Translations under genes and position numbers: made by a program
The notes under the pieces: generated by a model
What the model was told of the DNA's origin: nothing
What the model saw: only the letters and a program-made list of their open reading frames with translations
Database searches by the model: none
Source of the DNA: a virus
Taxonomy: Duplodnaviria > Caudoviricetes
Direction: 5' to 3' (one strand)
Length of the DNA stretch: 52,977 bases
IMG/VR virus record: IMGVR_UViG_3300021375_002481
Location: 1-52,977 of that record
Shown here: in pieces, positions 1 to 8,832 of the stretch
Numbering within the stretch: the first letter of the stretch is position 1
Layout of the letters: each line of letters begins with the position of its first letter

Positions 1-407
1 AACGAATCTGCAATGGCTTGTTTGAATTTTGTTGTACTCCACCCATGTGAACGACTTATCCAATGAATTAAAGTTCCAATTTCTTTACCTGTGTAATCTT
101 TGTCGATATAATCATCTCCTAAGAATCTTATATCAGGATTAATACTTTTTATTAAGAACAAAAGTTCTTCTTCTGTGTTATAACTAAGTATTACAGGATA
201 TATAAACATCATTTCTAACATTTCTCTACGTTCTTCTATTGAAAGAATTGGTTTTTTCTTCTCAGGTCTTTCAATTGTAGGGTCATCGTGTAAAAGTATA
301 TAAACTTCTTCACAATTATCTTTTATCTCCTTAAACATAGCAACATAACCAGGATGTATTACATCAAAGTTACCTGCTATTATTCCTTTTTTTGGTAATT
401 CTTTCAT
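1..407 (-). CDS. Cytidylyltransferase-family nucleotidyltransferase (TagD/RfaE-like), 3' end truncated by window edge
   Basis: Not in the ORF track. Hand translation from ATG at 407 (ATGA overlap with the stop of 404..1843): MKELPKKGIIAGNFDVIHPGY...RPEKKKPILSIEERREML...PDIRFLGDDY...SRSHGWSTTKFK. Has G-x-FD-x-x-HxG, GDDY and C-terminal S-T-T motifs. Confidence 0.85.
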   Translation of the reverse strand, partial: MKELPKKGIIAGNFDVIHPGYVAMFKEIKDNCEEVYILLHDDPTIERPEKKKPILSIEERREMLEMMFIYPVILSYNTEEELLFLIKSINPDIRFLGDDYIDKDYTGKEIGTLIHWISRSHGWSTTKFKQAIADS

Positions 408-1843
408 AACGTTACAGATATTTTATTTACTAATTTTGTTTTTTTATGTTTTACTTCATCATACATTAATGTATTTAACCCATCGATTCTAAAATTAACT
501 TGGTGCTCTCTCACCTCATTATAATACTTTAATTGATTAATTCGTGTTTCTTGATGTACCCATTTATTACCTATTGAAGAATTTGAATCATGTTTTAGTG
601 ATTTAAACCTTGAATTTCTTCTAAATGGCTTTGGTAAGTATGTTTTAAATGATTGTTTTAGTTTATATAAATAAACGTTCTTTAATGTAGCTTCATATGT
701 TCTACCTAAATCAATACAAGTAGTTTCACTTGATAGTTCTGCAAGTAATTGTGTTGTTAAAAACTCAGATGATTTAAATTTTCCTATATTTCTTATTTTT
801 GGCTTGTGTGGTACATTACTTAATTCTTGTATTTCTTCATCTTCCAATGCAACATCATATATTTCTACATTTGCAATGTTACCATAAAAGAATTCAGTAT
901 TTTCTTTTTTTCCATTTGCAGAACCTATGAATATTTCATCTGATGATAGTGGTAGTATAACATCATCCATTTCAATAGTTTCAACCAATTGACCATTTAC
1001 AAAAAATGAAACAAATTTACCATCTCTATATCTCATTGTAAGATATACCCATGCTTCTCCTATTATATCCGAGTTTATGGAATATGGTTTTTTGTTTATA
1101 TCATAAGTCTGACAAAAGAATCTACGAAAGGAATTGTAAAATAATCCAATGTTGTAGCCTGGTATAGATAGTATTGGGAATTCATCATAATCTTTATTTT
1201 CGTTTAATTTTACTTGCTGTGGTTTTACTAATATTGATATTGTGAAATCATCTTTTAGTAGGGTTGTCTTTTCACCTCTCAACTTGATAAACGAATCTCC
1301 ATTAAATTTAAATGCTTGTAGTTCGTCCGAACCACCCGTTTCGATTTGGTTTTTATCCAATTCTAAATTAGAATCCAAGCATCTTATTAGTAAGTCATCA
1401 TCTTCGAATCCCCATCCCCAATATTCATTAGAGAATCCGTTTATCAATTCGAAATCTTCTTTGTTAAACATAGTTACCCCACCGAAGTAATCAAAGAAGG
1501 TGGTTTCGTAATCATGTTCTTGTAAGTGTGTTGCTAAATGTAATGGTTTATCAGTATAAGAGTAATCAACATCTTCAGGTAACATATCAACATCGTGGAA
1601 TACAAAATAATCACATCCATTTTCAATGGCATGTTTGTATCCTATATTTAGAAGTTTACCTCTATTGAAAGGTTTATCATCTAATTGTTCAATAATAAAG
1701 ATTTGATAATCTAAATTAGTTAGATATTCTCCCATATGTTTTAAGAACCTTTTTAATTGTTGAGGTCTTTTTCTATATGGAATAATAATCCCTAATTTAT
1801 GAGTTATCTTCTTCGTTCGTTTCCTCCGTTGTTCTCTCTGCAT
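404..1843 (-). CDS. GT7 (beta-1,4-galactosyltransferase-like) glycosyltransferase with inserted LamG/concanavalin-like domain
   Basis: GT7 motifs IIIPYRKR, FNRGKLLNIG, FHDVD, YFGGV, NGFSNEYWGWGFEDDDL and C-terminal DGLNTLMY. The central part has LamG features (FTISILVKP, WVYLTM, FFVNGQ, IFIGS, FYGNIANVEIYDVAL). Confidence 0.85.
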   Translation of the reverse strand: MQREQRRKRTKKITHKLGIIIPYRKRPQQLKRFLKHMGEYLTNLDYQIFIIEQLDDKPFNRGKLLNIGYKHAIENGCDYFVFHDVDMLPEDVDYSYTDKPLHLATHLQEHDYETTFFDYFGGVTMFNKEDFELINGFSNEYWGWGFEDDDLLIRCLDSNLELDKNQIETGGSDELQAFKFNGDSFIKLRGEKTTLLKDDFTISILVKPQQVKLNENKDYDEFPILSIPGYNIGLFYNSFRRFFCQTYDINKKPYSINSDIIGEAWVYLTMRYRDGKFVSFFVNGQLVETIEMDDVILPLSSDEIFIGSANGKKENTEFFYGNIANVEIYDVALEDEEIQELSNVPHKPKIRNIGKFKSSEFLTTQLLAELSSETTCIDLGRTYEATLKNVYLYKLKQSFKTYLPKPFRRNSRFKSLKHDSNSSIGNKWVHQETRINQLKYYNEVREHQVNFRIDGLNTLMYDEVKHKKTKLVNKISVTL

Positions 1844-2033
1844 CTCTTGATGGTCTGTTTTCTGAACCTTTAAATTTAATTTTTGCTAAGTTATGGATTT
1901 CCCATAGATTCCATTCAACCTTTTTCTGATGGTCTTTGATGTTTGCATCAAACATCATATCTTCAATTGATTGAACAGATTCTAAAATATCTCCCATAAC
2001 TTCCATGTGTTGTTTGAATTGTTCTTCAGTCAT
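1797..2033 (-). CDS. Hypothetical 78-aa acidic protein
   Basis: ATG starts immediately after the stop of 2035..3525 and the ORF fills the gap between the two GT7 genes. No recognised motif. Confidence 0.6.
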   Translation of the reverse strand: MTEEQFKQHMEVMGDILESVQSIEDMMFDANIKDHQKKVEWNLWEIHNLAKIKFKGSENRPSRDAERTTEETNEEDNS

Positions 2034-2034
2034 T

Positions 2035-3525
2035 TTAAGTAATTATTTGAAATAGTGTGTAATTAAGTTCTTCTATTTGTTCTTTCGTTGCTTCATACTT
2101 CAACGAATTTAATCCAATCTCCTTCCAATCTATTTCTTGTGTTAAAATATCGTGGAAAAAGATATCTGCATTTTCTTCAACATCAGGATCATATGAATAA
2201 TATCTTTCAATTATATCCCTATCTCTATTGTGTGTTAAAGAGTTGTATTTACCATCAATTCTGACTGGTAAATATAGTTCATCGGTAACTGCAACTTCTT
2301 CTTTATAAGTTTTTAAACTACCGTTTACTTTTATATGATTCCAATTAGAACCCTTATCTAATATAAGTTTTTTCTTGTAATGTGATGGAAATTCCATGTT
2401 ATCATTTTGATTACCAAAATCAAATATAGATGAAGGTATTAATCCAAAGTGATTTTCTATATATTTTAATGATTCATTTCCATTATAATATAATTCGTTT
2501 ATGTGTTTTGATTCTAATACAGAATTAAATAATATTATGTTAGCTAAATCTATATTAGTTTCTTTATCTGATATTTTAAAGTTTTGATACTCATTAAATA
2601 TTTTAAAATCAGCTGGTATGGTTGTTTCTATTTTTTTACCATTTAGATTTAAAACTAATTTATGTCTTTTTTTATCTAAAATAAAAACAATATGATTCCA
2701 TCTATTTCTAAAATACTCAGTTGCAACTTCATAATTCTTTCTATCAATATCCCATATCTGCGCCATAACTTGTTTTCCGTTGTTTAGAAACAAGCCAGAA
2801 TCTAATCCTTCTATACAAAATAAGTTTTTAATAGTTTCAATATCACCATCATCTTTAAACCATAAAGAAATACTAAAAGATGAATCTATCATATTTTTTG
2901 ATAAATGGTTCATCATACCATGTCCTTGTGATTGCTTATCAAAGTGAACACACTTTAGCTTATGGGTTTTGTTGTTAGTAGATGGTTCTACTTCTTCAAT
3001 TCTGTATGGTAATATATCTAATTCATCGTAATTTGAATAAACTTTATTTAAATCATAAAACTTTTCTAAGTATGCTCCACTTTCTTTTAATCTATAAAGT
3101 AAATCTAAATCCTCAAATCCATAACCCCAATATTCATTAGAATATCCATTAGCTTCTTCAAAATCTTCCCTACTAATTAAAGTTACACCACCAAAGTATT
3201 GTGGATATGGAAGTTTATTTTCATGTACTTGTACTTTAGTTGCAAGATGGGTTGGTTCTAATGGAAACCCATAGTCACATGAATCATCAATTGGTAACAT
3301 ATCAATATCATGAAAGCAAAAATAAGTATATTCCTCTGCTATTTCTTTTACAATAACATTACATAATTTACCATAATTGAATGGTCTATCATCTGTTTGC
3401 TCAGCAATAAAAATATCATATACAATTCCCTTATCCGATAAGAACTCGTGCATATGGGGAACGAAAATATCTAAGTGTTTTTGTCTATCCCTAAATGGGA
3501 CAATGATTGCAAGTTTATCTTCCAT
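2035..3525 (-). CDS. Second GT7 glycosyltransferase with inserted LamG-like domain
   Basis: IIVPFRDR, FNYGKLCN, FHDIDM, YFGGV, NGYSNEYWGYGFEDLDL and C-terminal IGLNSLKY. LamG-like core FSISLWFK...WNHIVF...LNLNGK. Confidence 0.85.
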   Translation of the reverse strand: MEDKLAIIVPFRDRQKHLDIFVPHMHEFLSDKGIVYDIFIAEQTDDRPFNYGKLCNVIVKEIAEEYTYFCFHDIDMLPIDDSCDYGFPLEPTHLATKVQVHENKLPYPQYFGGVTLISREDFEEANGYSNEYWGYGFEDLDLLYRLKESGAYLEKFYDLNKVYSNYDELDILPYRIEEVEPSTNNKTHKLKCVHFDKQSQGHGMMNHLSKNMIDSSFSISLWFKDDGDIETIKNLFCIEGLDSGLFLNNGKQVMAQIWDIDRKNYEVATEYFRNRWNHIVFILDKKRHKLVLNLNGKKIETTIPADFKIFNEYQNFKISDKETNIDLANIILFNSVLESKHINELYYNGNESLKYIENHFGLIPSSIFDFGNQNDNMEFPSHYKKKLILDKGSNWNHIKVNGSLKTYKEEVAVTDELYLPVRIDGKYNSLTHNRDRDIIERYYSYDPDVEENADIFFHDILTQEIDWKEIGLNSLKYEATKEQIEELNYTLFQIIT

Positions 3526-3541
3526 GTAATCGTTGATTATA

Positions 3542-3550
3542 TATAAATAT
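3542..3550 (-). promoter_or_regulatory. ATATTTATA putative late promoter
   Basis: 16 nt upstream of the ATG at 3525; the same 9-mer recurs in most intergenic gaps of the window. Confidence 0.6.
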
Positions 3551-3558
3551 ATAGATTA

Positions 3559-4824
3559 TTAAATTGATGATTTTTGTAGAGCTTCTTTTAATAATGGAAA
3601 CGTATCTCCCCATTTTTCTTTTCTAAATCTATCAACTCGTTCAGTAGTATCTTTAAATACATCAGATTGACCATTATATTCTGCATTATAATATCTACCA
3701 ACAACATCATCATAAAACTCATCAGATAATAATCCTTTAATAGAATCTAACTTTTTTTGTCTTGTTTCTTTTGGTATTATGTTTGCTGATTGATATTCTG
3801 GTGCGTGAACATGATTTGAAATTACTCTCTTAATCATGCCAGTACCATCCAATTTAAACATACCTCTTTTAACCAAGTACTGTGTTAGCTCTTCCATATA
3901 AAGAAAATTATATGAGTTTAAAGTTTGTGTAATTGTATAATAAAAATTATGGTCATTATATTGTGTTAAAAAGTTTTTAATATTATCAATTGTAAGTTGG
4001 AAATTAGCATTTTTTCTAATGTAATCATTTCTATCACCAAAATCATCTACTGATATTGAAATACCTACAAATTGAAAATGTTTAAGTTTCTCTAATGCTG
4101 GTTTTATCTTTTCAAAATCATAATTAGCATTTGTGATATAAAATATTTTCATTTTACTTGCTAATCCATCTTCAATTAATCTATCCAATAACTTAAAGTG
4201 CTTTGGAACTAAAAATGGTTCTCCACCACTAATATGTAATTGGTCTATCATTGGAGAATGATGAATTAATGCATCGTAAAAGGTTTCATCTTCTACCCAA
4301 TCATAATTGGTATAATCCATTGTTTGTAATTCATCATAATTACTTGGAAAGTTTACCTCATCTTTCAACTTCATATAATCAGTAATCCAACTTGTTGATG
4401 ATTCTGCATTACAACTTCTACATTTTAAGTTACAATAGTTACCTAATCGAATCTCTACGTTTCTTAAATCTATTTTTATTTCACCATCTTCTTTTGTTGA
4501 TTTATCAACATCGGTCATGTAAAATGAATCTTTTTGTCTTTTACTTTTACCACCTGCTAATTCTACATCATGACAAGTTTTACAAGCTGGTGGTACTTCA
4601 CCCTCAACCATCTGTTTTCTGATTTGTTTAAATGAATCAGAATTAATAATAGCTGGGATACCTTTACTAATGTTTATTTTTTTATATCCACCATCTGGTG
4701 TTATATCAGATGCAGCAGATTGTCCATGTGCATGATTAGATACACAACATACAGAACAAACTCCATGTGGATGAACACTAATATGCTTCCAAGGTAAATC
4801 ACATAAAAAACGAGTTTCTTTCAT
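3559..4824 (-). CDS. Radical SAM enzyme with N-terminal twitch/SPASM-like Fe-S domain
   Basis: CNLKCRSC (CX3CX2C) and SGGEP. N-terminal CDLPW...GVCSVCC...CKTC. Confidence 0.9.
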   Translation of the reverse strand: MKETRFLCDLPWKHISVHPHGVCSVCCVSNHAHGQSAASDITPDGGYKKINISKGIPAIINSDSFKQIRKQMVEGEVPPACKTCHDVELAGGKSKRQKDSFYMTDVDKSTKEDGEIKIDLRNVEIRLGNYCNLKCRSCNAESSTSWITDYMKLKDEVNFPSNYDELQTMDYTNYDWVEDETFYDALIHHSPMIDQLHISGGEPFLVPKHFKLLDRLIEDGLASKMKIFYITNANYDFEKIKPALEKLKHFQFVGISISVDDFGDRNDYIRKNANFQLTIDNIKNFLTQYNDHNFYYTITQTLNSYNFLYMEELTQYLVKRGMFKLDGTGMIKRVISNHVHAPEYQSANIIPKETRQKKLDSIKGLLSDEFYDDVVGRYYNAEYNGQSDVFKDTTERVDRFRKEKWGDTFPLLKEALQKSSI

Positions 4825-6125
4825 TAGTATGCTGTACTATTATTTATTGATAAATCATGTGGAATAGAATTATACCAATCTGTATATTCTGGTATAATCT
4901 CTAAAAATCTAAATTTTTCTTCTCTCCCATCATCTAACTTTTCTGTATTCCATTTTAGAAGTTTTTCAATTTCTTCTCTATTCTCAGCCAAAGGTTCTTC
5001 CATGAATCGAAATATACTATCATACTTTTTTCTTAGTTCATCTCTTTCTTGTTCATCTAAAGATTTTAAGTGTTTAAAATATCTTTTTTTGACTTCTTGT
5101 TTTAACTCATCTGGTAAAATGTTGATGTTATAATGATGTGGATTTGTTAATATATTATTTAAATGAATATTCCAATGTTCAACACCCAATGATTTCATAT
5201 GTTCGTAAAATTCAGGAATATACATAACATTAAATATATTGGTTGTACATGATACATGAAAGTTTATGTTCGCATCTAAACACTTTTTTACATTTTCTTC
5301 TATAACATTCCATTTTGTACCTTTTCTTGAATATTCAGCATTTTTTCCGAACCCATCAATGGAAGCAAATATGGTTACATTACCATAATCTTGCTCTATG
5401 AATGGTTTCCACATTTCTATGTTATCATATTTCTTAAACTTTAAATATCCTAAGTTGGTATTATATCTCAATCTTAAATTAGTGTTCCCTACTTCAACTA
5501 ATTTTTGTAAAATATAATAATGCTCTTCCATTAAAAGAGGCTCTCCTCCTGCAAAGTATATCTCTTCTACACTTTCTATAAATTCATCCAAATATGTATC
5601 TATATTTTTCTTAGAATAATCGTTTACATTTATTATTGCTTTCGGTAATGGAGAACCACCATATATTTTTACTTCATCCTCCCACCATTTAGATGATAAA
5701 AATGAACCACACATTCTACACTTCATATTACATAAGTTTGAGAATCTGAAATCCCAATACAGTAATTTAAAATCATCATTATGTCCATCTGCAGATGTAT
5801 TATCCGTTACACTTGGAATAAGGTGTTCAAAGTTTCTGTTAGATGATGTTCTTGTTGAATCTAAGGTGTTTTTTTCTTGTTGATAACACTTTCTACAACT
5901 ATGATGTTGTTTACCTTCTAACATATCTTTACGAATAGATTTCATGGTACCCCCATTCCAAAGTTCTTCCATGGTGTTATCTTTAAGGTTACCAATATCT
6001 TCTCTCCAATCAGTAAGACAACAAGGATATACATTTCCGTTCGGCCATGTGTTTAAATGTATCCATGGTAATACGCAAAATGATTCTGAAATTTTATCTC
6101 CAGGATTTTTTAGCTTTTCATTCAT
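4824..6125 (-). CDS. Radical SAM enzyme with N-terminal twitch/SPASM-like Fe-S domain
   Basis: CNMKCRMC and AGGEP. N-terminal CVLPWIHL...GNVYPCC...IGNL...CRKC. Confidence 0.92.
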   Translation of the reverse strand: MNEKLKNPGDKISESFCVLPWIHLNTWPNGNVYPCCLTDWREDIGNLKDNTMEELWNGGTMKSIRKDMLEGKQHHSCRKCYQQEKNTLDSTRTSSNRNFEHLIPSVTDNTSADGHNDDFKLLYWDFRFSNLCNMKCRMCGSFLSSKWWEDEVKIYGGSPLPKAIINVNDYSKKNIDTYLDEFIESVEEIYFAGGEPLLMEEHYYILQKLVEVGNTNLRLRYNTNLGYLKFKKYDNIEMWKPFIEQDYGNVTIFASIDGFGKNAEYSRKGTKWNVIEENVKKCLDANINFHVSCTTNIFNVMYIPEFYEHMKSLGVEHWNIHLNNILTNPHHYNINILPDELKQEVKKRYFKHLKSLDEQERDELRKKYDSIFRFMEEPLAENREEIEKLLKWNTEKLDDGREEKFRFLEIIPEYTDWYNSIPHDLSINNSTAY

Positions 6126-7489
6126 ATTGCATCTTTTTCTTGTAGTGTTTCGATACTTTTAAACCATTCTATAAATTCCCAAGGAAGATACTCTTCAATT
6201 GGTTTTTGTCTACGCTTAGCATATTGAAAAACAAAGTTTTTAAAATCGTTGTGTTTGTTTTCCATTGCATCTGAATCTTCATATGATACATCAACTTTTC
6301 TTAAATAGGTAACTAATCTTTCGTAGTGATTTATTTCCCATTCTTTCATCCAATCTCTATTTTTATTAACTGCCTTTTCAATTTTATCTGCTAATGAATT
6401 TTTTACATCTTGTGATATTATATTTACAGATTGAAATGATGGAAATCTTAGAATGTTTACACTCATATAGAATGCTTCTTTATCATCAAATTCTTTTCTC
6501 CAATTTACAATTTTTTCTAAAAACTCATCTACACTCCAAATAGATAAAGAAGATATAGTCATCATAATGTGTACTGAATTTATATTTTCTGAATGGTACA
6601 TTCTTAAAATGTTTTTTTCCCACACATCCCAATCAAATCCATCTCTTACAAACTCTTGTAATTCACCAATACATTCTGCAGATGTATAAACATCAAATGA
6701 TTTAAAGTTTTTTGCTGCATCTATCAAGGTATCCATTCTTTCATCTTCCATTATTAAATTGGAATTTACTGCAAAGTTGAATGTTTCGTTATCACACATT
6801 TCAAGTAACTTCCAAAATGATGGTGAACGAGCAGGTTCTCCACCAGATACTCTTAATTCTTGTAATCCTCCTCTTATTTCTTCAAACCATTCGTAGAATT
6901 TTTCTATATATGGGTTGTTAATATTTTTATTACCATATGGCATTGCATGATGACCTGTATTTTTAAAAGTAAACCCACCACTTGTTTTCATGTTCTGATA
7001 CGGTCCTCCTCTTGAAATATCTTGATGCCAAGTTGATGAGAATTCTGCGTTACAATAAGAACAAGCTAAATTACATAAGTTATCGAAAGCAAGTTCAACT
7101 GTTTTTGGAATTACGTTTGCATCCCAAGGCATGTTTTTAATTGCTTTTACTTCTTCATCTGTGTATCTATAAGTTTGATAAACTCTATCAGAAAAAATAC
7201 CACTATCCTTTTTAGCAGCATCTTCTACTCTCCAACAATAAGAACATTCTGCTGGTCTTTCTCCCTCCAACATTTTTTTACGTTGTTCTTTTTTAAATTT
7301 AGTGTTATGTAGAGCGGTTTTGTTTTCTAATAACTCACCTTTTGGAATAGAGTGTGCAAGTGGATGATGACAAGAAGCCGTTCTTCCATTTCCTAACCAA
7401 ATTGATACGTTGTACCATTTTGCTGCACAAAAAGAAGTTGATATGGAATCAATTATTTTTGCTGTATTCTGTAAACTTTTTTCTGGCAT
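6122..7489 (-). CDS. Radical SAM enzyme with N-terminal twitch-like domain (CxAKW...SCHHP subtype)
   Basis: CNLACSYC and SGGEP. N-terminal FCAAKW...SCHHP...ECSYCW. Confidence 0.9.
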   Translation of the reverse strand: MPEKSLQNTAKIIDSISTSFCAAKWYNVSIWLGNGRTASCHHPLAHSIPKGELLENKTALHNTKFKKEQRKKMLEGERPAECSYCWRVEDAAKKDSGIFSDRVYQTYRYTDEEVKAIKNMPWDANVIPKTVELAFDNLCNLACSYCNAEFSSTWHQDISRGGPYQNMKTSGGFTFKNTGHHAMPYGNKNINNPYIEKFYEWFEEIRGGLQELRVSGGEPARSPSFWKLLEMCDNETFNFAVNSNLIMEDERMDTLIDAAKNFKSFDVYTSAECIGELQEFVRDGFDWDVWEKNILRMYHSENINSVHIMMTISSLSIWSVDEFLEKIVNWRKEFDDKEAFYMSVNILRFPSFQSVNIISQDVKNSLADKIEKAVNKNRDWMKEWEINHYERLVTYLRKVDVSYEDSDAMENKHNDFKNFVFQYAKRRQKPIEEYLPWEFIEWFKSIETLQEKDAI

Positions 7490-8832
7490 AACCTATAATA
7501 ATTATTTAACTCTTTAAATGTACTTTCAAAATCTGTACCTCTTCGTTTATCATATTCATTCACAAAATTAACGAAATCTTTTCTATGAATATTTGTTTGT
7601 TTTTTATCATATGTGTTTTTGTACATATGTTCAATCAATCCTTGAAGTTGATTTATTTGCTCATTTGTCAAACATCCATCACCATCCTCATACTTACCCC
7701 AAGTTCTTTCTTGAATAAGTTTTTCAACATCTTTTTTAAATTTATCTTTTGTTTCTATATCTAAATTTACAATAGATAAAAATTCAGGATAAATCAAAAA
7801 GTTGTTTACAAATTGTACTTTATTGTAATCAACTTCCTTGTTATAAATAGAACGAAGTTTTAAAAGGTATCTTACAAAATCACAATATGATTCTACTGTT
7901 AAAATGTTTACCGCTGTCATACAAGAAGCAAGTACATTCTTCACATTTGATAAAACCTTTTCTAAATTTTCTTGCCATTTTTCAAACTTCAATCCATATC
8001 TTATATATTCATTTTGCGAACCCATTGATTCACCACTTGTGAATATTTGTATTTCTTTTACTTTACCATCTAACTGATTAAATTTATCTATTAACTTATC
8101 AATCAGATTATCAGGTACCATTAAATTTGTATTTACACAAAAAATTAAATTTTGATTTGGATTTTCAATCAATTCATCCATTACTTTCCAAGTATCTTTT
8201 GATAAAAGTGGCTCACCTCCAGTAATTCTTAGTGTATGTAACTTTGGATAAAGCTCTGGCCACCATTCCCAAAACGCATTAACGTATGGATTTTCTTCTG
8301 TTTGTTTATAGGTTCTTTTATCTTCATCTAATTTATTATAATTTTGTGATGTAGGGTATCCACCATATCTTTCAATCTCTTCTAACCAAGTTGTAGAATT
8401 TGAATGTGTACAATATGCACATTTCATATTACAAGTGTTAGAAAATGAAACCTCTAAATAACTTGGTTCGATATCTCTCGTACCTTTTTCTAAGATTTCA
8501 TCTTTTTTAATTTGAGAAAAAGAATTACCCGATTTGTAAATTCTTTCTGAAAAATAATCATCTCCCAAATCTTCTATTTTCCAACAATACTCACATTCAC
8601 TTGGTCTATCACCACGCAACATCTTTTTCATTTGTTGCTTTTTGTATCGAGTATTATGTAGAGCTTTTGGATTTCTCTTAATTTCCCTTAGTGGTATTTT
8701 ATGTGGTGATGGATAATGACATGAATGGTTATATCCATTCTGTAAGTAAAGTGTTAATTGAGACCACTTTGCTAAACAGAAACTTTTAGATACCTCATCT
8801 AACTCTTCCTTTACCTTTAAATGATGTTTCAT
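7453..8832 (-). CDS. Radical SAM enzyme with N-terminal twitch-like domain (CxAKW subtype)
   Basis: CNMKCAYC and TGGEP. N-terminal FCLAKW...SCHYP...ECEYCW. Confidence 0.9.
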   Translation of the reverse strand: MKHHLKVKEELDEVSKSFCLAKWSQLTLYLQNGYNHSCHYPSPHKIPLREIKRNPKALHNTRYKKQQMKKMLRGDRPSECEYCWKIEDLGDDYFSERIYKSGNSFSQIKKDEILEKGTRDIEPSYLEVSFSNTCNMKCAYCTHSNSTTWLEEIERYGGYPTSQNYNKLDEDKRTYKQTEENPYVNAFWEWWPELYPKLHTLRITGGEPLLSKDTWKVMDELIENPNQNLIFCVNTNLMVPDNLIDKLIDKFNQLDGKVKEIQIFTSGESMGSQNEYIRYGLKFEKWQENLEKVLSNVKNVLASCMTAVNILTVESYCDFVRYLLKLRSIYNKEVDYNKVQFVNNFLIYPEFLSIVNLDIETKDKFKKDVEKLIQERTWGKYEDGDGCLTNEQINQLQGLIEHMYKNTYDKKQTNIHRKDFVNFVNEYDKRRGTDFESTFKELNNYYRLCQKKVYRIQQK

